DNA from: Cenococcum geophilum
Taxonomy: Eukaryota
DNA length: 64,000 bases
Assembly: GCA_050273025.1 (NCBI GenBank)
Contig: CP158636.1
Span: forward strand, 7,440,001-7,504,000
Direction: 5' to 3'
In this document: positions 48,739 through 61,590 of the stretch, one piece after another
Numbering within the stretch: the first letter of the stretch is position 1
How the letters are laid out: each line of letters starts with the position of its first letter
The notes under the pieces: generated by a model
Told to the model about the DNA's origin: nothing
The model's input: the letters and a program-made list of their open reading frames with translations, nothing else
Databases searched by the model: none
Position numbers and translations under genes: made by a program

Positions 48739-51719
48739 ATTAGATAGTAGAGAGAGGGGTAGAAGATAGGCTTATATTATCGCTAATATTCGAAACTAAA
48801 GGTTGGGGTCTGTTTAGGAAGGTGCGTTTTCTTTAGTAGTCTTAGCATTTAGTAACTAATCTCCATAGGGCAGAGTATTAGCACTAGCATAATATAGCTA
48901 TAGCTATAACTTAGAAACCACCGCTACGGTAAGCGCGTAAGAGGGCGGATAATTGTGCAGTTATAAGAGTGTTGTATTTAAAGAGTTACGACCCTCCTTT
49001 AAGGGGGATCCCATTTAGATAATACTAATTACCCCCCTATAGACTCTTACCCTTTAGATTTGTAAGCCCTACCTATTCCACTAAGCGTTATTCTTTAACA
49101 ATCTATTTTATAATAGGAAAAGTTGTCTAGGCCTTATCTATAGATTTTCACCTATTACAAGCATTTATTTCATTTTTGCTCATCACTATCTAAAGAAGAA
49201 GAAACTATATAACAATATCAATATTTGGAGGTATAGGTATAAAGGAGGCTATCTCTATAAGCATAGCTAGCGCTAGGCCTATAGCTATAGGTAGGGTAGG
49301 TAAAGTAGAGAAAGCTAAGTATAACCTAGCTAGGTATAACCTAGTATTATTACCTCCTTTATACCTAGATATGCGAAGCTCTATATAGGTATATATATAG
49401 GGATAGTAGGTAGGAGAGCAAAAGCCGTATAGCTTAAAAATAGAGAAGTTTGATATTATTGGTAGAAGTCGCGGTGCTCGCAATCTACTAATAAATATTT
49501 TTATTAGTATCTGATCTAATCCGAGCTCGTCTCCTCTAGCTATTTATATAAACTCCGCCCACCTAATCAACCTCTAAGGTCACTATAGTCGGTATAGAGG
49601 GCCCTTACGGATAACGGTGTATAGCCTGACCTAGTCTTCCTCCTCTTAACCTAATTTTACCAGACCTTATGCATGCCTAGCGCCTTCATTCGCTCCCTGC
49701 TGGTATCAATGTGCGGGCAATTTAGTCTTACCACCCTTTGCTATACAAGTCTTCTTACAATACCTAGGAACGGCTAGTAATATCCAATTAAAAGGTTATA
49801 ACTATATCCAATACGTATAAATCTTCACCAGCTAGTCTAACTTATTACGACTCGGCCTATAGAATATAGCTTATTACCGGCATAGATCTATTTCCCTCCG
49901 TCCTTAATCTAGAAATTTAGGCACTAGCGCTGTCTTATCTTAGCTCTTACTCCTTATTAAACCTATAGCCTTTATCAACTTATACTCCGCCCTACTAGGT
50001 CCGCCTAAGCTATACAACATCAGATTCGTCTTATTTAAATGCTAATACTATCTAACTACAATTCTAACTCTTACTTAATATATATCCTACGCCGCTCGCT
50101 TAGCCAGAAGAGTACTATAACTAGGTTAAATGCGATCCTTCTATTCTCCGCAACTGTGTTCGTATAACAGCGCCCTATATTACCCCCGATCCCGTCTCTA
50201 GCCAATTACTAAATATTTTATATCTAGAAATTGTGCCTCTTTATAAAGGGGGGAAATCATTTACAAGTGTTGGATGTGCGGAGGAAATCGTTTAAAGATT
50301 GCTAGAAGTTTATCCTTTCCTAAAATTATAATTAGGATAGTTTTAAACTGCCCATAGATAGGCTCTTATCGCCTACTAGTCTATCTAATTAAATAAGAAT
50401 TGGCCATAACTATATAAGTCTCTAAAATGTCCGCGGGAAGGGTTAATAGGGCTAAATAGGAAGCCATTTTTTAGGCCGGTGAACAAAAAGCCACTTATAT
50501 TACCTAACTGCAAGCTATATAGGCCGGGACGTATATAAGGCTGAAAAGCTAAGGTTGCAAGAGCCGTATTAACCCCTCTATATATAATATCCGCCCCACT
50601 AGAAGTAAAGAGGCGACCGTTATCTAAGGTCGGGCATTAACGTTTATAGCTAGCATCACTTTAAATAAAGCCTACTTTCGCCTATTCGCACCGCGTGCTT
50701 TTACTTATATACCCTTCTAGACACTATACACGCTTTATAGTTTGCTATATAGTATAAAACGCCCGTTTAGTTTAATCTTTTGGCTTTTTAGGCTTTTGCG
50801 TATATAGTCCCTCTTCTATCTACTATCTTATCTTGCTAAAAAACTTATAACTTTTAGGGCGACTTATATATAAGTAACCTACATCCTTACTAATTCTATA
50901 GGAAGTACTTTTAGAGTACTAAGTCCTTCTAACCCTTAACCGGATTATATAACTATAGCCTTAATAACTAATAGTAGGATACTACCAACCCTATACTTAA
51001 CGGCCCTTCGCTATCGCCTCCTGTACGTAATACCATTAATAGAGACTACAATTCATCCCTAGACTATATTAGCACGCTAGAGCGCCACCCTCTAAACATA
51101 TCTTCTGCCACACTCTTGGTCGTATATAACCCCTATAGGTATGGCTAGGGAGAGTTAGATAACGCCGGTCGATAACATTATATATAGCGACCAATTGCTT
51201 AAGGAGGAGGCCCGAAAATTGGTATACCTGCTTAAATGCTTAAAGTAAATTAAACTAAAGCTATATAGACCGGCTAGGATGTAATTCTAGACGCTATAGA
51301 GATAATTAGAACAGACTTTCAAACTATAGATCCCTTAATTCCTATAATCCTTGTCTAAAAGACTAGCGCTAGTAGGGCTGTTAGGGTAACCGGCCTTAGT
51401 ATACTAAAGGAAGTGCTAAATGTTGTCACAGGTCCAAGTTATAGTGGAGTTATTATCGTTGTTATAAAAAATGGTTAGGATTGTATGTTCTTTGGAAGTC
51501 CTTTAATACGGTACTTTTATCGCCGCTCATAATATAATAAATAAATGCCGTGCTTAAACTATAAGATAACTTAATTATTGCACTTTATTTAAGGGACGAA
51601 TCCAAATCGATATTAATAGACGGTTCCCCTTCCTATAGGCACACTATTTATAATTTTGGACGTTTGGCTTAGTATTATTAGAGAAAGCTAAGGAGATCTA
51701 TAAAGTTGAAGTTTAGAAA

Positions 51720-54700
51720 GGATTTTTCAGGCTAGTAAGCTGGGCGCCCGGAAAGGGGGGTAAATGAGGCATCTATTTCCGATAAACATTAGGTTTTATC
51801 GGATTCTCTAGGGCGGGCTATACAGACCTTATGTATTCTATATGCCCGGCAAGATATTGCCTTCTTATAGCGGGCTATACTCTATAGTGAATAAGTAAGC
51901 AGTAATAGGACTTTAGAATCTTATATACCGAGTATCTTATTTATAACTGGGGCATATGTTATCCATAAAGTCCGTATAGGTAGAGTATATCCTAGGTCCA
52001 GATCTGTGTTATAAGGCCGTAGATTAAACCCTAATAAGTAACTCTCTGTTAAACGGGCGGGTGTGCTTTAAGATCGGCCTTGCTCTATTAGGAATTAGTA
52101 ATAAGTTTATTTAGGACTAATAAGGCTTTTTTACTGGTGGTAATAGTTACCTATAAGAGCGAACGCTTACAGGACGGTGAAATTAAAGCGCTAATTAAAT
52201 TGTCTATATAGAATTTGTTACGGCACTGGCAGAACCTGGCAGAACTTGGCAGAACTTGGCAGAACTTCGCGGTCACGTGACTAGAAGACCGCATAAAAAG
52301 AACCCTACTTTGACTAGCGCTGCTCTTCTTCTCCTTTCCTTTCTTTAGCTTTAGATCCTCGTTTATAGACTACCAATTATATAGGCTTGCGCGCCCCTCT
52401 TGCCGTGCTTGTGCCTTAATTAACTAAGTCGCTAATATTATCTAAAGCTTAACTACCCTTTTTTCCTAAGAAGGAACTTAAATATATCTATGGATTACAA
52501 ACTAGAATAGAACACAGAATTAGACCTAAAGAATATTACTAGAACTAGAAGAATAGAAAAGAATAATAAGACCTATAGAATACGCACAGACTAGAACCCC
52601 TGTAGAATCCTACTAGAGGTTACCCTAATAACTATACCACGATGCTAAGAAATATAGTAGCCGGTAAAGCAGCTGTAGGACCCTTAAATACCTCTGACGG
52701 TGAAATAGTAACTAACTTAAACTCCTAAGTGGAGCTTATAGTAGCTAATGCCGAAATTGAACGACTTCGAGAGCTGCTTAAAGCTAGAGAACCCCCTACG
52801 CCTAGTGAGGAATTATTAGATATCTAGAGACTTGCTACGGTCCTTAAGGCTCTAGCCTAATGTATAGTATTAGCATTGTTGCGGTCCGCAAAGGTTGTGG
52901 ACCCCCTATTGCTTATAGACGGAACCAACCCTATATTTAACAATTGGAAGCTTTAATTATAGGATAAGCTCGAAGTTAATGCGGACCACTTTCCTACCAC
53001 TTAGGCTAAAATGGCTTACGTCTTTGGCTGTACTGGTGGGGACGCATAAACGCACCTACGTCCGCGGTACGCATAGGACTTGGCAGAGCCCTTCCTCTCT
53101 AAAGAAGAGATAATTATCCACCTGTCTTCTATTTATAAGGACCCCTTTAAAGTATAGAATGCCTGACTTAATTATAAAAGCCTAAATATGAAAACGATAG
53201 AGACTTTTTTGGCCTTTTAGACCCGCTTTCTGCACCTAGCTGGCTAGGCTTAAATTCCCTAGGAAGATCTAATGCCAGACCTATTTAATAAGCTTACCCT
53301 AGACCTGCAGTAAGCCGTACTGCTAGTTTTTACTACTATATAGACGCTAAAGGAACTTACGGACTAGTGCTTGGCTATTAACTAAGGCCTCCGCTGAATT
53401 AAGGCACGCGCCGAACGGTATAAAGCTAGAAACCCTTTAAATTAGACTATAAGCAATATAAGAACGGCCTACAATGCCCTGGCACAATTGGCAACCCCCG
53501 TAGCACTACCTGTATAGCCTACCACCAATTTAGCAGCTAGCCATACGGCTAGCCCTACTATAGGTCCGGCGAATGCTTGGCCTACGTATAGTAACCCCCA
53601 TATATAGGCCCTTAGTGATTAAGGAGCTTGCTTCTCTTGTGGATAGAAAGGTTACTATATAAAGGATTACCTAATAAATGCGAAAGTGGATAAGGTTCTA
53701 TTAATCTAGGAGGATAGCGCGGAGTTGGAAAAAGAGGAACCCTAGAGGAAGACTCCTCTCTAGGGTTAAAAGGGATTAATATATTAGATGTTAATCTAGG
53801 TTGGCTAGTTAGTGGAAGAAGCTGTACTATCCCTTATACTTTATTCCGTAATAGATACCAAGTTTTAACCTCTGCTTTAGCTAACTCTAAAGTAAATACC
53901 TTCGCCTTAATAGATACCTAGTATGCTATAAAGCTGGCTGACTTTCTAAATGCACCTATTAAAGAACTACCTAAACCAATTTCTATTTGCGGGTATAATG
54001 GGCGGATAGGATCACCTATTGCGACTATTTTATAGATTTACCTCCGTGTTAACAGACGAAGGCAGTATAATGCCCCCTTCCTTATTATAGACCTAAGTAG
54101 CCATAATATAATCTTAGGGCGAAAATAGCTAGCCTATTTAGGCTTACAGCTTAATATATGGAGTAGACGGCTTACCTGGCCCGAAATCCTACCCCTAACC
54201 CCTTCCTTTATAAAAGAAATCAGCATTATAATAGAAAACCTTATACGGCCCCAGATTAATACTATTTACTAGGCTAATGCTATACGTAGGGATTAGGCCT
54301 TTAAGAAAGATATACAGCTTAATTCGCAACGGATCCGTATACTACGTCGCCCCTAGACTACCTATGTTACGCCACCCGCATTAAAGACCTAGGAAGTCAG
54401 TAGTGACCCAGAAAAGCCCCCTATAGAGAGCTTAGGCCCTATATAGCCATAAAGAACAGTAAGGGACGTCGGATGTTATACTGAACTAATAGATCGGAGG
54501 GATAATCTACGGAAGATGGAATAGGAGCTAAGAAAGATTACAAACCCTAGACCGCAAAATACGGTCTAGAAAACGGCTATAAGGAAACCAGCGGACCTTT
54601 TACTAGTTAATGTCTGCTATATTAGTGCCGTAGGATTCTACCGGAACTTGGTTTAGCCTAATACCGTCGCCTTTATAATAAGCTTATACGAAATTAATTA

Positions 54701-57700
54701 AATAATTAAGGAAAAGGAAAATAAGCTTAGCGGATAAGAAAGCGAGCTTATAGATGAGGAACTAGTAGAACAAAAGCTGCCCTATTAACACCAGAAATTC
54801 AAGGACGTATTCTCCAAAGCAGCGTCCGATATACTTCTACCTCACCGACTATATGACTATAAGATTGAGATTAAGCAGGGCAAAGAAAACACCCTTAGCT
54901 TTAGCCCCCTTTATAAGTAGTCTATTACCAAATTGCAGGCTATAAAGTAGTATCTCATTAATAACCTAAATAAGGGCTTTATTGAGCCTAGCTAAGCTCC
55001 TTTTACCTTGCCTATTCTCTTTGTTAAAAAGCTAAATAGAGGACTCCGCTTCTATATTAACTACTATAAGCTAAATAATATAACCCACAAGGATCGCTAT
55101 CTACTGCCCCTACTTAATAAGACTTTAGCCTAAATAAGTAGAGCTAAGGTCTTTATAAAGCTTGATATCCACTAGGCCTTCTACCGAATTAGGATAGACC
55201 CCAGGTCTGAAGATCTTACTACGTTTTAGACCCGTTACGGAATGTATAAATATAAAGTGCTCCCTTTTGGACTAACTAACGGACTAGCTACATACTAGCG
55301 GTATATAAATGATATACTCTTTAACTACCTTAATGATTTTTATACGGCCTATTTAGATGATATTATAATCTACTCTAAGAACAAGCTAGAACACAAGGAG
55401 TACGTCTATAAAGTCCTACAACGGCTCCGCAAGGCTAGCCTCTAGGTTAACATTAAGAAGTTGGAGTTCAGTATTAAGCGTATAAAGTACCTAGGTTTTA
55501 TTATTAGTATAGACGGAATTAAAACCGACCTAGAGAAAATGGCCACAATTGACTAGTGGATACCCCTATAGACCGTAAAGGGGGTACAATCCTTTTTAGG
55601 GTTTTGTAACTTCTACCGACGCTTTATTAAGAACTATAGCAGGATCACCCGGCCTCTTAACCGTCTTACTAGAAAAGACTAGCCCTTCCACTTTAACGCC
55701 ATATATAGGCAGGCCTTTAATAAGCTTAAGAAACGGCTGGTATTAGCTCCCCTACTTACCCATTTTGACCCGGAACGGCCCTTAATACTAGAAACTAATA
55801 TCTTAGACGGCGTAATAGCTGGTGTTTTTTCCTAGAAGTAACCGGACGGAGAGTGGCACCCTATTATATACTATTCGAAGACTATAATAGATGCCGAGCT
55901 AAATTACCACATCTATGATAAAGAAATGCTGGCTATTATCTCTAGCTTTTAGCACTGGCGTATATAGCTAGAGGGGACCCCTAAGCTAATTAAGGTAGTT
56001 TTAGATCATAAGGCCCTAGAATACTTTATAATAACTAAGGCCCTTACGGCCTAGTAGGCACGCTGGGCGGATACCCTATTTTAGTTTAACTTCTTAATTA
56101 TATATAGACCAGGCGCTATAAACCGTGCGGATGCTCTTATAAGGCGTAAGTAAGACCTAGATGACTAGACGGCTGCGAAGATCTCACTATAGACCTAGAT
56201 GCTACTACAACCAGAATACCTTAACCCCTAGATACGGGCAGAACTAAGCACGGACTCCTTAGGCGCTGAGATATGTCCTATTAACTCCTCCAAACTTGAC
56301 CTTATTGATGAACTACTATAGGCCAACTGAACGACCCCCTCTCTATAGGAATACCGTGAAAAGGTAAAAAATATTATTAGCCTATGGTCCCTTGAAAACG
56401 GACTACTTAAGCACTAGGAATGGCTAGTAGTAGCTAAGGAATAGAACTTATGGACTTGGCTTATTGCCGAAGCTTATGCCTAGGTCTCTATAGCCTACCC
56501 TAGAAAAAATAAGACCCGTAAGATTATTGGTAACCGCTACTACTGGCCCAGAATGATTATAGATATTGACCGTTATGTATAGAACTGCGATAGCTGCTGT
56601 AGATCTATAATTTCATGAGATAAGACCCTAGGACTATTAAAACCTCTTCCGATACCTAACCGCCCCTAGTAGTATATCTCTATAGACTTTCATAAGCTAC
56701 CAACAGACCGTAACGGATATGATATGGTTATGATTCTAGTTGACCGCTTTGGCAAGCGCCCGTTCTTAATTCCCTGTTATAAGAATATTAATGCCAAGGA
56801 GGCGGCCTGACTGTATATTTACTACGTCTACCGCATTTATAGACTACTAGATACTATTATATCTGATCGCGGCCCGTAATTTATATTGGCCTTCTGGAAC
56901 GAGTTTACCCGGATCCTAGGTATTAGGCTAAAGCTCTCTATAGTATACCACCCCCAGATAGACGGCTAGACGGAGATTGTAAATTAATATTTAGATTAGA
57001 GACTCCGGCTTTTTATTAACTACTTCTAGGATAACTGGGGCAAACTGCTACCCCTAATGGACTATGCCCAGGTGACCCTACCCCATAACTCTACGGGATT
57101 TGCACCTATCTAACTAGAAATGGGGTATTTACCCTAAATAAGCTTTGACTGGGATAGACTAGAAGGACTACAGACTGTATGCGAGAAACTATCTTATGAG
57201 GAAGCCTAGTAGTACGCTAAGCGCTTAGAGGAAGCCTAGATGGTAGCCCGTATAAATCTAGAAAAGGCCCAGAAATTAATGGAATAGCAGGCAAATAAGC
57301 ATAGGCGCGAACCTGACTTTACTGTAGGCGATATAGTCTGGGTTATAATAAAGAACTAGAAGACGGAACGGCCTAGCTGTAAGCTAGACTATTAGATGGC
57401 GGGACCGTATAAGGTCCTTAAGAAGATAGGTAACTTGTATAAAGTAAAGCTCCCGGATTTGATTAAGGTTTACCCCATTTTCTCGCCGGATAAGCTATGG
57501 AAAGCTGTGAACGACCTATTGCCTGGATAAAAGAATAAACCTCCCCTACCGATTCAAGTTAATGGCGATAATGAATGGGAAATTGAAGAAGTACTGGCCT
57601 GTAAACTAGTAAGGAAAACGCTAAAGTACTGCGTTAGTTGGAAAGGCTATGACCCAGATCCTACCTGGTACCCTGCATGGAATTTTATTGGTAGTCCCCA

Positions 57701-58470
57701 TAAGCTTTAAGAATTCTATAACCGCTACCCTAATAAACTAGGACCCCTAAAGTACCTAGATGAGTAGATAGAGTGCTGGTATAGTGAAGATAATAAGCTA
57801 CTGGAAGAATATAAAGATAAGAACGCCCTATAAGCATAATACGGACTATAAAGCCTAAGGGCAGGCTTTTGCGGAGGGGGGGGTAATGTTACGGCACTGG
57901 CAGAACCTAGCAGAACTTGGTAGAACTTGGTAGAACTTCGCGGTTATGTGACTAGAAGACCGCATAAAAAGAACCCTACTTTAACTAGCGCTGCTCTTCT
58001 TCTCCTTTCCTTTCTCTAGCTTTAGATCCTCGTTTATAGACTACCAATCGTACAGGCTTGCGCGCCCCTCTTGCCGTGCTTGTGCCTCGATTGACTGAGT
58101 CGCTAATAGAATTGCTTAGCAGCCACTATTAGTTCTTGTAGGTGTTTAGCAGTGTTCTACTATATTTAAATATCTGCTAAGATATCCTCGAGTTTTATTT
58201 CACTAAGCTTAGTAATAGGTGCTGCTAAGATATATAATATGAATACTTCAGAGCTAACTGATCTGAAGACTTCTATAAAAATATTGCGCACTCGTTACTT
58301 TCTGCTGCGCTTTAACTTTATTTACCCCTCTAAGATTGCCTTTTTCTTAAACAGTAAATCGTAACACTTCTTTAGGGATTTATGTGGTAGGAGTGGTTTA
58401 TAGGTGTTATTTTTAAATATTACTCTTACTGCCTCAAGTTTCCTAATAAGCCAATGGTTTGATAAAGTGG
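51720..58470 (-). pseudogene. Unknown gene split by the Gypsy insertion
   Basis: Frame VRNIFIEVFRSVSSEVFILYILAAPITKL...VAAKQF continues as YIDNLISALISP across the GAATT TSD. Confidence 0.5.
52216..58108 (+). mobile_element. Full-length Ty3/Gypsy chromovirus LTR retrotransposon (RIP'd)
   Basis: 222-bp LTRs 52216-52437 and 57887-58108, TSD GAATT, PPT GGAGGGGGGG; gag knuckle, RT LPFGLTNG/YLDDII, RNase H YDKEMLAI, integrase SDRGP, chromodomain EWEIEEVL...WKGYDPDPTWYP. Confidence 0.96.
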
Positions 58471-58542
58471 CTATTTTAGCTATTTCGGCTTGTTAAGACA
58501 TAGCGTATATAAAGGTAAATGGTATGGGAATAGTAGACTAAG

Positions 58543-58699
58543 TTGGGAATAAGAATAGGAAATAGGAAATGGGAAATAGGAAATAGGAAATAGGAAATGG
58601 GAAGTGAGAAGTAGGAAGTGGGAAATAGGAAATAGGAAGTAAGAAGTGGGAAATAGGAAATAGGAAGTAAGAAGTGGGAAGTAGGAAATGGGAATGGCA
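58543..58699 (+). repeat. Purine-rich 7-bp tandem repeat (GGAAATA/GGAAGTG)n
   Basis: About 20 units visible directly. Confidence 0.9.
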
Positions 58700-58941
58700 C
58701 TGCTATATATAGGTTTCATAGGCGGGGTTAGGACAAATCCTAGTCAAGCTTAGACCTAGCTGCACGAACAATTCCAGCTTACTTAGGACAGTGTAGCTAC
58801 TTATCCTACAACTATATCTCTCTTCTCTTCAATTTACTACGTTTACCTTTGCTCTAACGTATTAGCTAGCTAGCAGTTAGGACTAGTGGTTAGGACTATA
58901 ATCCCTAATGCAAGCTATAAGTCTCCGCGGCTCCGACAAGA

Positions 58942-61590
58942 ATGAACTTTACAGGTTCGCTTAATTAAGCTCTACTCTACGTCGGATCTATATTGATGTG
59001 TACTATTTAGCATCCTTTAATATAGATAAGGGATAGCGTAGCTAAAGGAGTAGTGCTGTGAACATTCGCGACACTACTATAGCTTATATCTATCGACAGT
59101 ATAAAGTAGGGAGCTTTTTAAGAAGTAACCCTGTCGAGCTTCTCTTAAAAACTTTACCCTAATTTCGCACTTTAGATTATTACTACGCCATCTGCTAAGC
59201 AATAATGCCGGAAGTATTAGAGGCAGCGCGTTTAAGCTCTATAGTCACACCCTTAAGTAGCTTAGATCTACCGCTATCTTCTTAAATCCAACCTATAGAT
59301 TCCTAACTAGGAGCCTAAGCTTTAATATTGGGTTATAGGACGGTTAATAAAATGTATATCCCTAATAAACTATAAGTATAGCCTAGCTAAGCAACTGTGT
59401 ATAGCTAGGATCCTATAACCTTTAAATATATAAAAGTTAAATCAGCGCTAACTCCGGAGGTAGATAAATTTAACAAGCACATATTTGTTGTTTATAGGTA
59501 GGGAGGTAAGTATAAGGTAGCCACTGGGTTTCCATTACTAATAGTAAAATACTAAGTAAGAAGATTAGCAAGGCAATATATTATATTAATGTTAATTTTA
59601 AAGGCCTGCGGGATATACTTAGGTCCGTCCTTTAATACATAAAGGGAACTTCCCTTAAAGAAGATAAGCCTACGGTATGCTAACCTCTATAAGTAGGGCT
59701 TTTAATACCTTAAATTAACTAATAGTTTAACCAGGTAGAGCAGAACCTATTATACCACTTTATCCCTATACTAGATGCTTTTAGCAACGCTCTAATAAGT
59801 AGAACCCTTTATAATCCTTTAGCCCTTTAACATCTCGATCTATTAGTAACCTATATTAAAACTATATACGCCTCTATAAAATAACGCTTCGACTCATTAG
59901 AATACAGCGGAGAAATTATATACAATATACTCTAGGCTCTCTTTAAGCCAAATTATCTTATATATAGGAAATGTCTCGGCACCAGAAAGCCTAGATATAT
60001 TAAATTTAATTTTAGTAAGGAGAGAACTAGTTATAAAGGGGAAGAGTTCTTCCGCATTAAAGGCTGGTATATAGATAACAATAGTAAAGGATTTAGTAAA
60101 GCTATAATAGTAGTTCCTATTTAGAAGTTCTAGGGGTTAAAGCCAATACATAGCCTTAAATACTTTCCTCTTAAATACTACCCTGACGCAGAAAATAAGA
60201 AGCGTAAACTTACTAAGCGCGGTTAGAAGTTTGCTTTCTTAAAGGGGAAGTATTATTAGTAATATAGGGGTAATGCGTTTTATATAGACAATGGACATCT
60301 TATTAAGGTGTTTGTTAATGGCCGTATTATAATTAATACGGCACTATTCTAGGAGTATAATCCAAACTATAGTAAACCTAATATTAATAAGCTATAAAGG
60401 CGCCAATTTTTAAGCGGTATTTGGATACAATTTAATAATCCTCTAGAGAAGAAACTTGATAAAGTTAAGAGCAATAGCATAAAGGGTTTACTAAATAAAC
60501 ACTTTCTTATATGCAGCCTAACCGTATAGGGGTTTAGTCTAGGCAAAAAATGCTAGTATAAGTCTTATATCTCCTAGATTTGCAGATTAGGGAAGAGCGC
60601 AAAGCTGATTTAATGCCCTATAGTGGAGTTTGCTGTTGATAATATTAGCGACATCCGCTAGGACCCTTAATCTTTTAAACGCCTTGTAATTTTAGAGAAA
60701 CGGAAGAAGCTTATAAAGGCTCTTATAGCTTTTTACTTAATAAGCGCGACTTATACTTAGTTTAATAATTTTGTAGCAGGTAAGGGATAAGGTCTAATAA
60801 TGCTGCTATAGTATAATATTCTCCTTATTCCTTTATTTTTTGAGAAACCTAATACGTAAATTAGTGGCCCTACTGGTGTTGGCAAGACTTTAACCGCTGA
60901 AGGACTTTCGGAAACGCTTTAAAAACCGCTATATACGGTACGCTCCCGCTTATTTACACCGCTGCTATTACCTAACTCTTTTAGTTATTTAGTGGGGAAC
61001 TAGGCACTAACCTAAAGGACATTAAAGATAAGCTTTCTTGTATTTTCCGGCTGGCTGCCTACTAGGAAGCTATACTTCTCTTAGATAAAGCTGACGTATT
61101 TATATAGAAACGATTACTGGATTATATAAGCAACAGCCTTATTACAATTTTCTTGCGCATGCTTAAATACTATAAAGGAATTATATTCCTTACTACTAAT
61201 CGCGTAAATGAATTTAATGACGTAATATAAAGTAGAATCCATATTGCCATATTATATAATACTTTAACGACTAAGACGCGGACGGAACTTTAGGAAAGTT
61301 TCCTAAAAAAGGCAGTTATAACCGAAGGAGAAGCTAGATATAGTCCTAATAAATTAAAGAGATTAGCAGAAAAGGAGCTTAATAGTTAATAGGTATACTA
61401 CCTTAACCTCCTAATAGAGAACTGTTATACTAATCGCTCGTTTATTATAGATTAAAAATGCTGTTAAAACAGCTATTACTTTAGCGATTGAGGATAGAGC
61501 TCCAGTATCCTATTCTTATCTTAAAGTAGTTCTGGAATTTATTAAGGAGTTTAATAAGGAGATAAAAGGTCCCAGCCAAGATACGGCATA
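58942..61590 (+). pseudogene. AAA+ ATPase (fungal DUF7025-AAA type), RIP'd, multi-exon
   Basis: GKG*GLIMLL|GPTGVGKTLTAE, LLLDKADVF, FLRMLKYYKGIIFLTTNRV..F.DVI*SRIHIA. Confidence 0.88.

Noticed and set aside
58543..58699. Telomeric repeat
   Set aside because: The unit is not TTAGGG-like and the array is internal
58476..58719. Two ORFs with YFLFP repeats
   Set aside because: Translation artefact of the 7-bp tandem repeat
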